Positions 9,466-19,824 of a DNA stretch of 64,000 bases are shown piece after piece. The stretch is from Alkalispirochaeta sp. (GTDB taxonomy: Bacteria; Spirochaetota; Spirochaetia; DSM-27196; Alkalispirochaetaceae), in assembly GCA_965601925.1 (NCBI GenBank), contig OZ271854.1, forward strand, positions 1,728,001 through 1,792,000, read 5' to 3'. Position 1 is the first letter of the stretch. Every line of letters starts with the position of its first letter. A program made the translations under genes and the position numbers. The notes beneath the pieces were generated by a model. It was given only the letters and a program-made list of their open reading frames with translations. It was not told where the DNA came from and searched no databases.

Positions 9466-10764
9466 ATGAAGACACTACCCTTCTCGAAGGATTTCATCGA
9501 AGACGTTACACAGGAGCACCCCACTCCATTTCACATATACGATGAGGCGGCCATACGGGAACACGCCGCACGGTTTCGCGACGCGTTCTCGTGGGTGCCG
9601 TCCGGCAACGGCGATCGCTCCGGCGGGTTTAAGAACTTCTACGCCGTAAAGGCGCTGCCCAACCCCCATATCCTGCAGATCCTCCGTGAAGAGGGTATGG
9701 GTTTCGACTGCTCGAGTTACACCGAACTCATACTTGCCGAGCGTCTGGGTATTCGGGGAGAGGAGATCATGTTCACTTCCAACGATACGCCGGCGTACGA
9801 GTATGCGAAGGCGAAGGAGTTGGGCGCGGTCATCAACCTCGACGATCTGAGCCACGTAGACTTCATTGCGCGCGAAGTGGGAATGCCCGAGTTGATTTGC
9901 ATGCGTTACAATCCTGGCCCTCTCAAAGAAGGAAACGTCATCATCGGCAATCCGGAAGAGGCAAAGTACGGGTTTACCCGCGAGCAACTCCTCGAGGGGT
10001 ATCGAACGGCGCGCGACCACGGCGCGCGACGGTTCGGGCTCCACACCATGGTCGCTTCCAACGAACTCAATCCGGACTACTTCGTCGAGACGGCCCAGAT
10101 ACTGTTCGACTTGGTGGTGGAGCTTCATCGAGAGCTCGGTATCAGGATCGAGTTCATCAATCTCGGCGGTGGCATCGGTATCCCGTACCGACCGGAGGAG
10201 CGGGAGGTCGACTACGACCGCGTTTCCGCCGGAATCCGTTCCGCTTATGACGCGACGATCCGGGACGCGGGATTGCACCCGTTGCGAATCGCAATGGAGA
10301 ACGGGCGTGTCGTAACGGGGCCGTACGGATACCTGGTCACGCGTGTGCTGCATAAAAAGGACACGTACAAGCAATATGTCGGGCTCGACGGTCACATGGC
10401 GAACTTGATGCGACCCGGCATGTACGGCGCCTATCACCACATCACCGTTCTCGGGAAGGAAGATACGCCCGCCACCGAGACCTACGACGTTACCGGGTCG
10501 CTATGTGAGAACAACGACAAGTTCGCCATTGACCGTGCGTTGCCGCCGATCGAGATAGGCGATTTTGTCGTCATACACGACACCGGTGCGCACGGTCATT
10601 CGATGGGCTTCAATTACAACGGTAAGCCGCGTTCCGCCGAGCTCTTGTTGCAGGCCGACGGACGGGTTCGCTTGATTCGGCGCGCCGAAACGATCGACGA
10701 TCTTTTACAAACCATTGTTTGGGAGGGAGTAGCGTCTCGGGAGACAGCGGCCGCGCGTCGCTGA
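9466..10764 (+). CDS. lysA: Diaminopimelate decarboxylase
   Basis: TPFHIYDE, FYAVKA (PLP Lys), INLGGG, ENGR, RPGMYGAYH, GSLCENND, GAHGHSMGFNYNG. Confidence 0.93.
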   Translation: MKTLPFSKDFIEDVTQEHPTPFHIYDEAAIREHAARFRDAFSWVPSGNGDRSGGFKNFYAVKALPNPHILQILREEGMGFDCSSYTELILAERLGIRGEEIMFTSNDTPAYEYAKAKELGAVINLDDLSHVDFIAREVGMPELICMRYNPGPLKEGNVIIGNPEEAKYGFTREQLLEGYRTARDHGARRFGLHTMVASNELNPDYFVETAQILFDLVVELHRELGIRIEFINLGGGIGIPYRPEEREVDYDRVSAGIRSAYDATIRDAGLHPLRIAMENGRVVTGPYGYLVTRVLHKKDTYKQYVGLDGHMANLMRPGMYGAYHHITVLGKEDTPATETYDVTGSLCENNDKFAIDRALPPIEIGDFVVIHDTGAHGHSMGFNYNGKPRSAELLLQADGRVRLIRRAETIDDLLQTIVWEGVASRETAAARR

Positions 10765-10828
10765 AAAGCGGCCGCTCTATCCGTCGTTTCGTGTCGGAAC
10801 GTATCCGAGGTCACAAAAAAACGGCGTG

Positions 10829-11344
10829 CTAACTCGCATAGGATTGATTCATCATCCCGGTGCGTTGGAGCACGCCGCTGAAGGCATCGCAGACTTTCTG
10901 CTGTACCTCTTCTTGGCACAGACACGCAAGGAGCTCTCTGCGAAAGAGCTCGTTTCGCACCATGGTCGCCAGGGACGACAAGATGCGTAGATAGTCGATC
11001 TGGCGGTCCGGATGGCTCGCCACGACGAAGAGCAGATGGACGGGCAATCCGTCGCACGCCCGAAAGTCAATTCCGTGGCGCGAGACGCCGAGCGCTATCT
11101 CACTGGTAGCAACCTGCCCGGTCCTGCCGTGAGCGATGGCGATACCGTGGCCGAAGCCCGTGGATTGCTCGCGCTCGCGATTCACGACCGCGTCGGAGAA
11201 CGTCTCGACATCCAGGCCGGGGATCATATGAAAAACCGTCGTTTTGTATATCGTTTCGCGGATTGCGTCAAACTTATCGGTACTTTCTAAATCCCAAATG
11301 ACGCTACCGGGCGAAAAAAAGTCGTTTTCAATCACCGGATTCAT
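10829..11344 (-). CDS. Stand-alone PTS EIIA protein (Ntr/fructose family)
   Basis: REREQSTGFGHGIAIAHGR with the phospho-His, GIDF..CDG.PVHL, YLRILSSL. Start uncertain (11344, 11365 or 11431). Confidence 0.85.
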   Translation of the reverse strand: MNPVIENDFFSPGSVIWDLESTDKFDAIRETIYKTTVFHMIPGLDVETFSDAVVNREREQSTGFGHGIAIAHGRTGQVATSEIALGVSRHGIDFRACDGLPVHLLFVVASHPDRQIDYLRILSSLATMVRNELFRRELLACLCQEEVQQKVCDAFSGVLQRTGMMNQSYAS

Positions 11345-11470
11345 CCCTGGTTTATAGATACCCATCGTGGCGAAAGCTGTCAATAGATGCTCACGCCTAT
11401 CTAACACTCTCTCTCTAATATATCGGTTCATGGGGCGATTTCATGAGAATTTCGGCCAATGGAGGTGAAC

Positions 11471-12598
11471 ATGGTGGCCGGCAAGGAAGAACTGTTCCAC
11501 GAGCCGACGCGGCTCGTGCTCACCGAAAACGGAACGACGTATTTCCTCTCGAAGAAGCGAAAGCTCCAACGATTTCGACTCCTGGACCAACGCGAGGAGT
11601 ACGGACTCCAGATATCGGATTACGCCCCCAAGAGTCTGCAGAAACTTGTCGCGTCGGGAATGGTCCGTAAGCTCCAATTTCCCGTCGTCGATGCCGTGGC
11701 GAATCGTCAAACGGTCATCGACTACGTAAAGTTACTCGTGTACGGGATGTTATATCGTCACGCCGAACTCTTGGTTCACGGCCGTACGGCGGCATCCGTT
11801 CTCGTCCGAGAGTGGAATCGGCACAATCCGCGCCTTGCGGTCACCGACGACGGTATCGGAATCCCTCAGGCGCAGATGCATCGCATTCTCGCGTCCCGTC
11901 AAAGCGATCTCGAGCGGTTGAAGACCCTGATGGTGACCAGCATCCGTGCGGGGTTTCGTGTTAAGGCCGGGGCCGACGGAGGAGGCGTGGTCGGCAATGA
12001 GCACGACTGGGATAAGATCCTCACCACGGCACAACGCCTCGTAGACAGTCTCGACGCTCATTTCTGGTTCCTGCTGATCGTCCATGACGGACAAACGGCG
12101 GCGCGCGAGTTGTTTCGGACGATCAGCAACGATCTCGTGACACTTTTGGCGCAAAGCAGCGTCGCCGACTATCTCTCGCTCATGCTCATGGAGCTGATGG
12201 TCCACATGCAACACGGACAGGGAGACGACGCCTCGATGGACTTCGGCTCCCTCGGCGTCGATCCCACGGAGCTATATCTCCTGACGCAGCTTTCGGAAAT
12301 ACCTGCTCGGGGAAGCGGAGCACACCCGGTCCGTAGTAGACTCCATTTTCTCCTTTCGACCGGAACGAGTCGATTCGATGCACTCAAGGCGGACCTCGAC
12401 GAGCTTGCCGGAGACAGCAGTCGGAGGAAACGCTCGATTCAGCACTTTTACCGTGCCGCGGGCTCCGGCGAAACGAACTTAAGTCTCTACTATATGAGCT
12501 TCTTGGAGGAGGCGTGCACCCGTCTCGGTCTCTCCTTCGACGGATTCGTCCGCGGAGAGAGCCAGAACGGACTTGTAAACGTCGTGCTGACCGTGTAG
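11471..12598 (+). CDS. Hypothetical protein with possible degenerate C-terminal HATPase-like region
   Basis: GGAGGTG SD before ATG 11471; about 375 aa ORF with typical codon usage. Confidence 0.6.
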   Translation: MVAGKEELFHEPTRLVLTENGTTYFLSKKRKLQRFRLLDQREEYGLQISDYAPKSLQKLVASGMVRKLQFPVVDAVANRQTVIDYVKLLVYGMLYRHAELLVHGRTAASVLVREWNRHNPRLAVTDDGIGIPQAQMHRILASRQSDLERLKTLMVTSIRAGFRVKAGADGGGVVGNEHDWDKILTTAQRLVDSLDAHFWFLLIVHDGQTAARELFRTISNDLVTLLAQSSVADYLSLMLMELMVHMQHGQGDDASMDFGSLGVDPTELYLLTQLSEIPARGSGAHPVRSRLHFLLSTGTSRFDALKADLDELAGDSSRRKRSIQHFYRAAGSGETNLSLYYMSFLEEACTRLGLSFDGFVRGESQNGLVNVVLTV

Positions 12599-12615
12599 CC
12601 GTCGTTTCAGTGCCG

Positions 12616-13368
12616 TCAGGATGAAGCCGGCGCCGTCGGCAGCCGATTATACCGACAGGCGCATACCGGTCCGGTTCCGCGGTCCGTCGGGCGTGTCCAT
12701 ATCTCGGCGACGAGGGAATCGTCTCCCGAGATCACGCAGAACTCACGGCTCAGAGACGTCTCGGAGATAAACGAGAGTACTCCCGCGGGAGAGCCGTTGA
12801 GTACCGGCGACGCATCGTCCGCGAACCATTGGACATAGCGAGCGTTGTTCACGTGGGCGTTGCGGTCGGTATCGCTTGGACGTACCTTGTGCCACACCGC
12901 GCTTCCGATCGCCGCCTGGCGCTCACCTTCGGGAATCGTCGCCGTCTTTCCCAACGGAATGTCCAGGGCCGTCTCGTCCTCCAGGAACTCGACGGGCAGA
13001 TGTCCCTCCGGACGCACCGGCCGTCTGCGTTCCGCGTCGATGATCAACCACGCGCTGGAAGCGTTCAACAGCGGCTCGCCGCGTTCAGACTCCACACGAA
13101 ACTCGCGCATCGCGAACAGGCGGTGGAGACGGCTCGGCCACGTCGTGATCGTAACCGCTTCGTCCCACCGCGGCTTGCGGATCGTTTGTATGCCGAGACG
13201 TTGGAGCACCCAAAAGACGGCGCTGTCCTCCTCCGTAAAGGAAAGCCCCATACGTTTTGCGTGTTGCCACGCCGCTTCCTGGAAAAGGCGTGCGGCACCG
13301 TCGGTGGCGAGATGGTCGTCCGCCCCGCACAGATAACTCGGGATAGTGATCGTCTGAACGTGTTTCAT
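12616..13368 (-). CDS. Acyl-ACP thioesterase (FatA/FatB-like double hotdog)
   Basis: FQEAAWQHA, PRWDEAVTITTWP, SSAWLIID...RRP, VRPSDTDRNAHVNNARY. Confidence 0.85.
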   Translation of the reverse strand: MKHVQTITIPSYLCGADDHLATDGAARLFQEAAWQHAKRMGLSFTEEDSAVFWVLQRLGIQTIRKPRWDEAVTITTWPSRLHRLFAMREFRVESERGEPLLNASSAWLIIDAERRRPVRPEGHLPVEFLEDETALDIPLGKTATIPEGERQAAIGSAVWHKVRPSDTDRNAHVNNARYVQWFADDASPVLNGSPAGVLSFISETSLSREFCVISGDDSLVAEIWTRPTDRGTGPVCACRYNRLPTAPASS

Positions 13369-13393
13369 CGTCGGTGTCGGTCCTCTCCCGTCT

Positions 13394-16300
13394 TTACGAG
13401 TCCGATTTGCCCGTCCCTTTGCGTCGCCGGCGAGGTGCGGCCTTTTTACCCGCTTCCTTCGTAGGTGTTTCGGCCGCTCGGGATTCGAGGGCCGCCACGA
13501 GGCGATCGACGCGAAACTCGCTCCCTTTCTCCGCCTCGTGCCATATGTCGTAGACTTGCGCCATCGTCTCGGTCGCATCCGTGATGCGCTTCCAGTCAAT
13601 AGACGCTCCCAAACTCGTCGCGACCGCCAGCTCGTGCCACGCTCCGACGACCATGAGCCAGTCGACGAAGAGTTCGAACACCTCTTGATTGAACCACGTG
13701 ATGCCGTTATGAACGTGAATCTGCAGAAAGTCCTCGACGTTCGAGTCCGCCAGAAGGAGCTCCATCGCCGTACGTGCCGCCTCTCGCGGCGGGGTCTCGG
13801 ACGTGTAATGCCACCAGTTGTGGTGTGCCAGCGTTACGCGCAACAGGGGTTCCCAGTAGTGGGGAAGGGCGCGATCCGGTTGCAGTTGCGTGAGCACGCG
13901 ATGCAGGATCGTCACGAGTTCCCACTCCGCGGCCTGGTCGACGGCTCGAAACCCGACGGCGTGGGGGGACACTCGCTCCTCGCCGTTGACGAACAAATCC
14001 AGGGGCAAGAGCATAAGGAGCGCCAAAAAGACCGACGCGTCCTCCCGCTCGGCGGCGATATGGTCGGCGATAAGCCGACCCACGGTGTTGTCGCGCCCGT
14101 GGTGCGCCAGCTGCGGCAGCCGCATCAGCGCCTCGCCGCTCTGCCGAAAGAACGTAACCGCCTCGTCGATGCGCGTCGTGTGGTCACAGAACTGCGACGC
14201 GATACCGAGAAATCCGCGATACTCCTCGGATATCTCCTTCCAGTTGACCGGTACGCGCTCGTCTCTGAGGGCTTCGCACAACGTTCGCAATACGCCCGTG
14301 TTGGCGAGTACTCCGAACGCATCGTGCAACGGTTGCAGAAGGAGAAGTTTGAGGCTGTGGTTTATGTCGGCCGTGCCGGCACCGCCCAGGTGGTCTGCGA
14401 GCCGTGCATAGTGAGAAAATTGGTTGTCTTCCACCTCGTAGATGTTGAGGAACACCTGACTCTCGTACCCCTCGAGATGTATGTATAGTCCCCGTTCATG
14501 GATTTCGCCGCTGTTACGGATGAACCATAGACCGCACCGTTGTTCCTGGAGTACGGCGAAGCGGTGCCACGAATCGGTCAACCCGAGGGCCGGCCCGAGC
14601 TGTTCGGTCTTAAGGTGTCGCTTCGTTTGTGCATGATCGTCGTCGGCCGCGACGGGGGTGGACGTGTGGATCCAACCTGCGGCGCGTTCCCAGTTGTTGT
14701 TGTAGAGAACCAACGAGTGCTCTTTGTAATGACGGTTGGAGTAGGCAAATACGTGGGGATGGACGTTCCCGTCGGCATCGTACACGTCGAACAACCGAAA
14801 GTGGGCCGCGTCGGCAAAGAGATGCCGCCTGTGCATGAGCGGGAAGATCTCCCGTTCGTGGCGCGCGACCAGGTCCGTGTCCGGCGTCTCATCCCAATAC
14901 GCCCTTCGGTACTCCATGCCGTACTTCTCCGCGAACCCCTCGATCTGACCGTGGCCGAACATCGGAAGGCCGGGCATCGTAACCATGAGCGTCGCGACAC
15001 CGAAGTACTTGTCTCCGGTTCCGAACTGCGCAATCGAGGTCTCCTCGTCGGGATTGCTCATGAAGTTGACGAACCGTTTGAGTACCTCGGGATCGTATTC
15101 GAGGGTGTTCCGTATCGTCTGACGATACTTATCGTTCTCCTCGTTTTTGAGCATGTTCATGAACGCGCTGTTGTACACGCGATGCATGCCGAGGTTGCGT
15201 ACGAAGAAGCTCTCCATCATCCAAAACGCTTCGGCCAAAAGGAGCGTATCCGGTACCTCGCTCGCCACCCGATCGACGACCTCGCGCCAAAACTCGATGG
15301 GGATCGCCTCGTCGAAAGCGCTCGCCGGCAACCCGTGCTCGCTGCGCGACGGGATGTCGCCGCCGTGACCGGGAGCGGGATACCAGAGGCGTTGGATGTG
15401 CTTCTTCGCGAGCGTCATCGCGGCATCGAAACGGATGATCGGAAAGTTACGCGCCACGTGGAGGATCGTCTGGATTACCGCCTCCCGCGCCTCGGCGTTG
15501 AGATAGTCCAGTTGCGCCGTGTCGTTCCACGGCATACTCGTACCGTCGTTCCCGTGATATATGTAGCGCGTCTCGCCGGTCTTGAGGTCGACCCGTTTGA
15601 ATACCACGGCCGCATCGGTCCTGTCGTAGTAGTGATCTTCCAGATAGATACCGACTCCCGGGTTACTCGAGAGATTTTCCCCGTTGAAGCTGTATCCCGG
15701 AAAGGGCGAGTCGGGCACCCCGATGAACCAGTCGGGACGCTCATGCACCAAGCGGCTGTCGATTCCGGTGTGATTGGGTACCATGTCGCTCGCGATGCGT
15801 ATTCCGCGTTGCCACAAGCGACGACGCAGCGTATCGAGGGCGCCCCATCCGCCCAACTCATCGGCGATCTCGTAGTCGTGGAGCGCATAGGCGCTCGCCT
15901 CGGCGTCCGGATTGCCGCACAGATGTTTTATCCGCTTGGACGCCGAAGAGCGCTGCCAGACTCCGATGAGCCATAGGCCGGTAAAACCGCGACCGGCGAG
16001 CCGGTCCAGCTCTTCGTCCGGGACGGCGTCCAACGTACGAATCTCTCGTCCGTATTGCTTGGACAACTGGTCGAGCCATACCAACGTGCTCTTGGCGATA
16101 ATCACCGCTCTGGGCATCCACTCTCGATCGGGACTGAAGCGTGCGTAGTCGGCGTCCCCGTCATCGTATACCGGAACGTGGCTCTCTCCGGGGCCGAAGA
16201 ATCTGGCGCGATGCTCCTCCGATAGTACGTCCAACGAACGCAGAAGGCGTTCCAGAAACGCTCCGATGAGAGACCCCCACCGGCTTCGAATGTATTCGAG

Positions 16301-17017
16301 TTGCGCCTGCAGGTCGTCGGGGTGTGCGAGAGCCGGCGATCGTAACATGTCCAGCAGTGTCTGGTCCTCCGGGCCGAAGGCTGGATGATCGTGAAAGAAG
16401 TCATCGACGATTTGCATCGCCCGCTCGTAGCCGGTATCCACGGCGATGATCTTTTCGTCGAAGAGCTCGATGAGCGGTGAGTAGGCGGGGTTGCGGTTTC
16501 CGATCCACATGACGATGAGCTCTTCCAACGCAATGTGTCGACCCGTTATCCCGTCGACGCTTCGCTCCAAGCTCTCCTCCGGCGATTCCTCGTTACGGTA
16601 ACACTCGGTTGTCGGAAAGCGGCTGGAAAAAGTGAGGAGAAGACGATTCAGCCGGTCCTCGCCCAACTCGCGACTCAGCCTCGTCTCCAGTTGGTTCACG
16701 ATCGCACGGCCGTACTGCTCCAGATAGAGATTGATCACGTAGTGGAAAATCTCGTCGATGAGACCCATGGCATACACGTCGCCGGCGCGTACCGTGCGTT
16801 CGGGATGGAGTGCTGAGCGCCGGACGGCGTTCATCCGCATTGCAAAGTCGCGAGCGGCGCGAATGTCGGCAAACAGGAGGTGTCCGTGGATAGAGAAGCC
16901 GCCCTCGCCGAAGCCGTACACGTCGCGCGCGCTTTTGGCGACGTGAAACTCGCGAGGAGGACCCGGTACCCGTCTAACGACACGCACCGCCGCGGGAAAT
17001 GGGTGGAATCTCTTCAT
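13394..17017 (-). CDS. Large GH13 alpha-amylase-family protein
   Basis: GH13 conserved regions DMVPNH, RFDAAM, LAEAFW, FMSNPDE, with long N- and C-terminal extensions. Confidence 0.85.
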   Translation of the reverse strand: MKRFHPFPAAVRVVRRVPGPPREFHVAKSARDVYGFGEGGFSIHGHLLFADIRAARDFAMRMNAVRRSALHPERTVRAGDVYAMGLIDEIFHYVINLYLEQYGRAIVNQLETRLSRELGEDRLNRLLLTFSSRFPTTECYRNEESPEESLERSVDGITGRHIALEELIVMWIGNRNPAYSPLIELFDEKIIAVDTGYERAMQIVDDFFHDHPAFGPEDQTLLDMLRSPALAHPDDLQAQLEYIRSRWGSLIGAFLERLLRSLDVLSEEHRARFFGPGESHVPVYDDGDADYARFSPDREWMPRAVIIAKSTLVWLDQLSKQYGREIRTLDAVPDEELDRLAGRGFTGLWLIGVWQRSSASKRIKHLCGNPDAEASAYALHDYEIADELGGWGALDTLRRRLWQRGIRIASDMVPNHTGIDSRLVHERPDWFIGVPDSPFPGYSFNGENLSSNPGVGIYLEDHYYDRTDAAVVFKRVDLKTGETRYIYHGNDGTSMPWNDTAQLDYLNAEAREAVIQTILHVARNFPIIRFDAAMTLAKKHIQRLWYPAPGHGGDIPSRSEHGLPASAFDEAIPIEFWREVVDRVASEVPDTLLLAEAFWMMESFFVRNLGMHRVYNSAFMNMLKNEENDKYRQTIRNTLEYDPEVLKRFVNFMSNPDEETSIAQFGTGDKYFGVATLMVTMPGLPMFGHGQIEGFAEKYGMEYRRAYWDETPDTDLVARHEREIFPLMHRRHLFADAAHFRLFDVYDADGNVHPHVFAYSNRHYKEHSLVLYNNNWERAAGWIHTSTPVAADDDHAQTKRHLKTEQLGPALGLTDSWHRFAVLQEQRCGLWFIRNSGEIHERGLYIHLEGYESQVFLNIYEVEDNQFSHYARLADHLGGAGTADINHSLKLLLLQPLHDAFGVLANTGVLRTLCEALRDERVPVNWKEISEEYRGFLGIASQFCDHTTRIDEAVTFFRQSGEALMRLPQLAHHGRDNTVGRLIADHIAAEREDASVFLALLMLLPLDLFVNGEERVSPHAVGFRAVDQAAEWELVTILHRVLTQLQPDRALPHYWEPLLRVTLAHHNWWHYTSETPPREAARTAMELLLADSNVEDFLQIHVHNGITWFNQEVFELFVDWLMVVGAWHELAVATSLGASIDWKRITDATETMAQVYDIWHEAEKGSEFRVDRLVAALESRAAETPTKEAGKKAAPRRRRKGTGKSDS

Positions 17018-17045
17018 TGCGTTAGCCTCCTCGTACGGTGCCCTA

Positions 17046-19019
17046 TTATCGGCGGATCGACATGAGCTCAGCTACCTCGTCTCGAAGCCCCGTGTGCTCT
17101 TGCAGCTCCTCCAAGGTTATGGGCATACGCCACGTCCAGTTGAAGTCGTTTATCGTCCCCGGCACGTTGATACGCTCCTCGTCCGGTTCCGTGTGGAGTA
17201 GTTCCGGCGCGAGTGCCAGAAGGTCTTGTAGTTGAAACACCACTATTCTGCTTGGAGAACGCAGGACGGCGCGGTACACGGTACGCGCGACCGAAGGGGT
17301 GAAGGTCGACGGACAGGGATCACTCTCGCCGATCATCTCCCATAACGCTTTGCGACCCGTTTCGCGTTCCCACCATCCGCGCATCGTCGACGTATCGTGG
17401 ACGCTTGGAGCGCACACGCTCAGTGTCGGATACTCATCAAAAGGAATCGCCGGTTGGCCCGAGTGATCCCACCGGCGAGCCCATCGTGGTATGCGCAGCC
17501 CCAATATGCCGAGGTCTCTGAGTACTTGAGGTACCACCTCGGGCACGACGCCGAGATCCTCGGCGCAGGGGAGCATCGCGGTCGCCTCTTTCATGAACTC
17601 GAGGATCGTCCGGCCGTGATCGGCCCACAACGCGCTATTCTCCGCGTCCCGCGAGGCGATCAGCGCCTCGAAGCGGTCTCGCTCCTCATCGTCTAAGGTT
17701 TTATAGCGGCTGCACTCGCGAAACGTCCAACTCGCGGCGTAACGTCCGTCGGGCAGCGGGAGAAGCGCGCGATCACGCCACGCACCGAGGAGCCACTCGC
17801 GTTGGGCCTCCGCGATCCGCAGCTCGGAGAGCGCCTTCTCACCACCGAAATCGGGGGCGAAGACGTAGAGGTCTTCATCCGGAAGCCGGTTTAGCACGGG
17901 CCCGTGCAACAGGCCCATATCGTCGCCGAGATGGTGGCGCAGTTCGTCACCCGTCAAATGCGGCTCGGCAAGCCATCGAATGCGGCCGTCGTCAAAACCG
18001 TAGGTGTGGAGCTCGTCCGCGCCGATACCGTGCTGCGGCCAGAAGAAACCTTGGATACCCGACCATTCGTCGAACGGAATCGCCCAAATGCGGAAGAATC
18101 CAAGAACGTGATCGATGCGATAGGCGTGATAGTACCGATCGGCTTGCCGGAGACGCTCGCGCCACCAATCGTAGTCACGCTCGGCCAGGCGACCCCAGTC
18201 GTAGATGGGAAAGCCCCAGTTTTGTCCGAGATTACTGAACATATCCGGCGGCGCCCCGGCTCGGAACTCGGGACGGAAGATATCCCGATCGAGCCATGCA
18301 TCGACGCTATCTTCGTTCATCAGTATCGGAATGTCACCTTTGAGCGCTATACCGCGGTCGCTCAGGTACCGCGCCGAGGCGGCAAATTGCTCCATCGCGC
18401 GCAATTGCAGCCACGCGTGAAATCGCGTGTGCTTTTGCAGCGTCTTACGTTTCCAGAGCTTCGACAGCTCCGATACATCGATTTCACGCGTGTCCGCCCA
18501 CTCGGTCCACGGCTTCTGGTCGTTGAGGTCTTTGAGCGTTCGAAACACAGCGTAGGCCTTCACCCAGCCGTTCTGTCGTATGAACGCCGTGAGATCACCG
18601 GAAGCGGAGATCGCCTCGGCGCGCTCCTCGAAGATATCTCTCAGAATCGAGAGCTTTTCCCGCAGGACGGCGTCGTAGTCGAAGCGCGCCGGCGATTCGT
18701 GGGTACCGCGTAGGGCGTTCAGACGTCGATCGACCGTTTCGCGCCCCGTCTGCGAGAGAGAGTCGTACTCCGGTACGGCGGGGATCCTGATATAAAGCGG
18801 GTGTAGCGCATAGGCGCTGAGCGCGTTATAGGGAGAACTCTGTCCCCCGGTATCGTTGACCGGCAGTAGTTGAACGAGATGCTGGCCCGTTGCGACGCAC
18901 CAATCGGCTAAAGCCGGCAGGTCGGCAAACTCGCCGCAGCCGCAACTGTGGGCGCTGCGTAGAGCCGCCAATGGTACCAGCACGCCGCTTACCGGGTGCG
19001 TTCCGTGGGGATACTTCAA
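17046..19019 (-). CDS. malQ: 4-alpha-glucanotransferase (GH77)
   Basis: QLLPVND..SSPY, LKGDIPI, GAPPD.F...GQNWGFPIY, RIDHVLGFFRIW, AEDLG, HDTST, RINVPG. TTG start with GGAGG SD. Confidence 0.92.
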   Translation of the reverse strand: MKYPHGTHPVSGVLVPLAALRSAHSCGCGEFADLPALADWCVATGQHLVQLLPVNDTGGQSSPYNALSAYALHPLYIRIPAVPEYDSLSQTGRETVDRRLNALRGTHESPARFDYDAVLREKLSILRDIFEERAEAISASGDLTAFIRQNGWVKAYAVFRTLKDLNDQKPWTEWADTREIDVSELSKLWKRKTLQKHTRFHAWLQLRAMEQFAASARYLSDRGIALKGDIPILMNEDSVDAWLDRDIFRPEFRAGAPPDMFSNLGQNWGFPIYDWGRLAERDYDWWRERLRQADRYYHAYRIDHVLGFFRIWAIPFDEWSGIQGFFWPQHGIGADELHTYGFDDGRIRWLAEPHLTGDELRHHLGDDMGLLHGPVLNRLPDEDLYVFAPDFGGEKALSELRIAEAQREWLLGAWRDRALLPLPDGRYAASWTFRECSRYKTLDDEERDRFEALIASRDAENSALWADHGRTILEFMKEATAMLPCAEDLGVVPEVVPQVLRDLGILGLRIPRWARRWDHSGQPAIPFDEYPTLSVCAPSVHDTSTMRGWWERETGRKALWEMIGESDPCPSTFTPSVARTVYRAVLRSPSRIVVFQLQDLLALAPELLHTEPDEERINVPGTINDFNWTWRMPITLEELQEHTGLRDEVAELMSIRR

Positions 19020-19204
19020 TGGTGGTCCTCCATTTCGCGTAAGCCTAGTATAGAAGACAATACTCGTAGGGGCAACGAACAGATGAGTTCCGCGGAACCT
19101 CCGCGATGTTCCCGCCTTTTTTCATGCGTCCGTCCGATATGGCGAGGATGAGTAAGTCGGGTTGCGGGTGGGATACGGTCCGCCGTACGATCGGTCGCAG
19201 CGCG

Positions 19205-19780
19205 CTACTGCAGCTCTTTGAGTTCGTCGCGAATGCGCGCTGCTTCCTCGTAGTTCTCCTCGTCGACGGCCCGCTGAAGCGCCGCCTCCAGTTGACTACG
19301 GTGGACCTCCGGTCCCGTATCGCCGGAACCGTCGTCGCCGGATTGCAGCTGCACTTCCTCGTCGGAGATCAGGTTCACCGCGACACCGGCCTCGTCCACG
19401 ATCGATTCCGCGATGTAGACCGGGCAATGCACTCGAGAGGCGATTCCCAGGCTATCGGACGGTCGAGAATCGACGACAATGCGTTTGAGACCCTGCTTGA
19501 GAATAATGCGAGAGTAAAAAGTGCGATCCTTGAGATCGGTGATCTCGACGCGCTCCACCGTTATATTGCTTTTTTCCAGCACCGAGATGAACAGGTCGTG
19601 GGTCATCGGGCGCGGCACCGGCACGCTCGCGAGGCCGAAGAGGATCGACTGCGCCTCAAGCTGCCCGATAAATATCGGTACCGCTCGATCGCTGCCGACG
19701 GGCTTCACCAATACCGCGTTTCCTTTGTCTGTGCGCGCAACCGTCCAGATTTCAGCCTCGATCAGCATGATGTTCTTCAT
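19205..19780 (-). CDS. Bifunctional nuclease family protein (DUF151) with C-terminal UVR domain
   Basis: PIFIG..EA, PRPMTHDL, DSRPSD, AVDEENYEEAARIRDEL. Confidence 0.9.
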   Translation of the reverse strand: MKNIMLIEAEIWTVARTDKGNAVLVKPVGSDRAVPIFIGQLEAQSILFGLASVPVPRPMTHDLFISVLEKSNITVERVEITDLKDRTFYSRIILKQGLKRIVVDSRPSDSLGIASRVHCPVYIAESIVDEAGVAVNLISDEEVQLQSGDDGSGDTGPEVHRSQLEAALQRAVDEENYEEAARIRDELKELQ

Positions 19781-19791
19781 ACCCTATGTAG

Positions 19792-19820
19792 ATAATAACA
19801 GCGCCCAATTCGATTATCAA
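19792..19820 (-). promoter_or_regulatory. sigma70-type promoter for the DUF151 gene (very short leader)
   Basis: TTGATA(19820-19815)-17 bp-TATTAT(19797-19792) with TGn extension, 11 nt before ATG. Confidence 0.55.
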
Positions 19821-19824
19821 CGAT

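Noticed and set aside
13369..13599. Basic N-terminal extension of the thioesterase ORF
   Set aside because: Overlaps the GH13 3' end in another frame; homology begins at ATG 13368.
14540..15976. 478-aa plus-strand ORF (similarly 13538-14488, 33259-34668, 42931-44190, 46482-47864, 9475-10440)
   Set aside because: Antisense shadows of well-supported genes; long stop-free antisense frames are expected at high GC, and they show no recognisable motifs.
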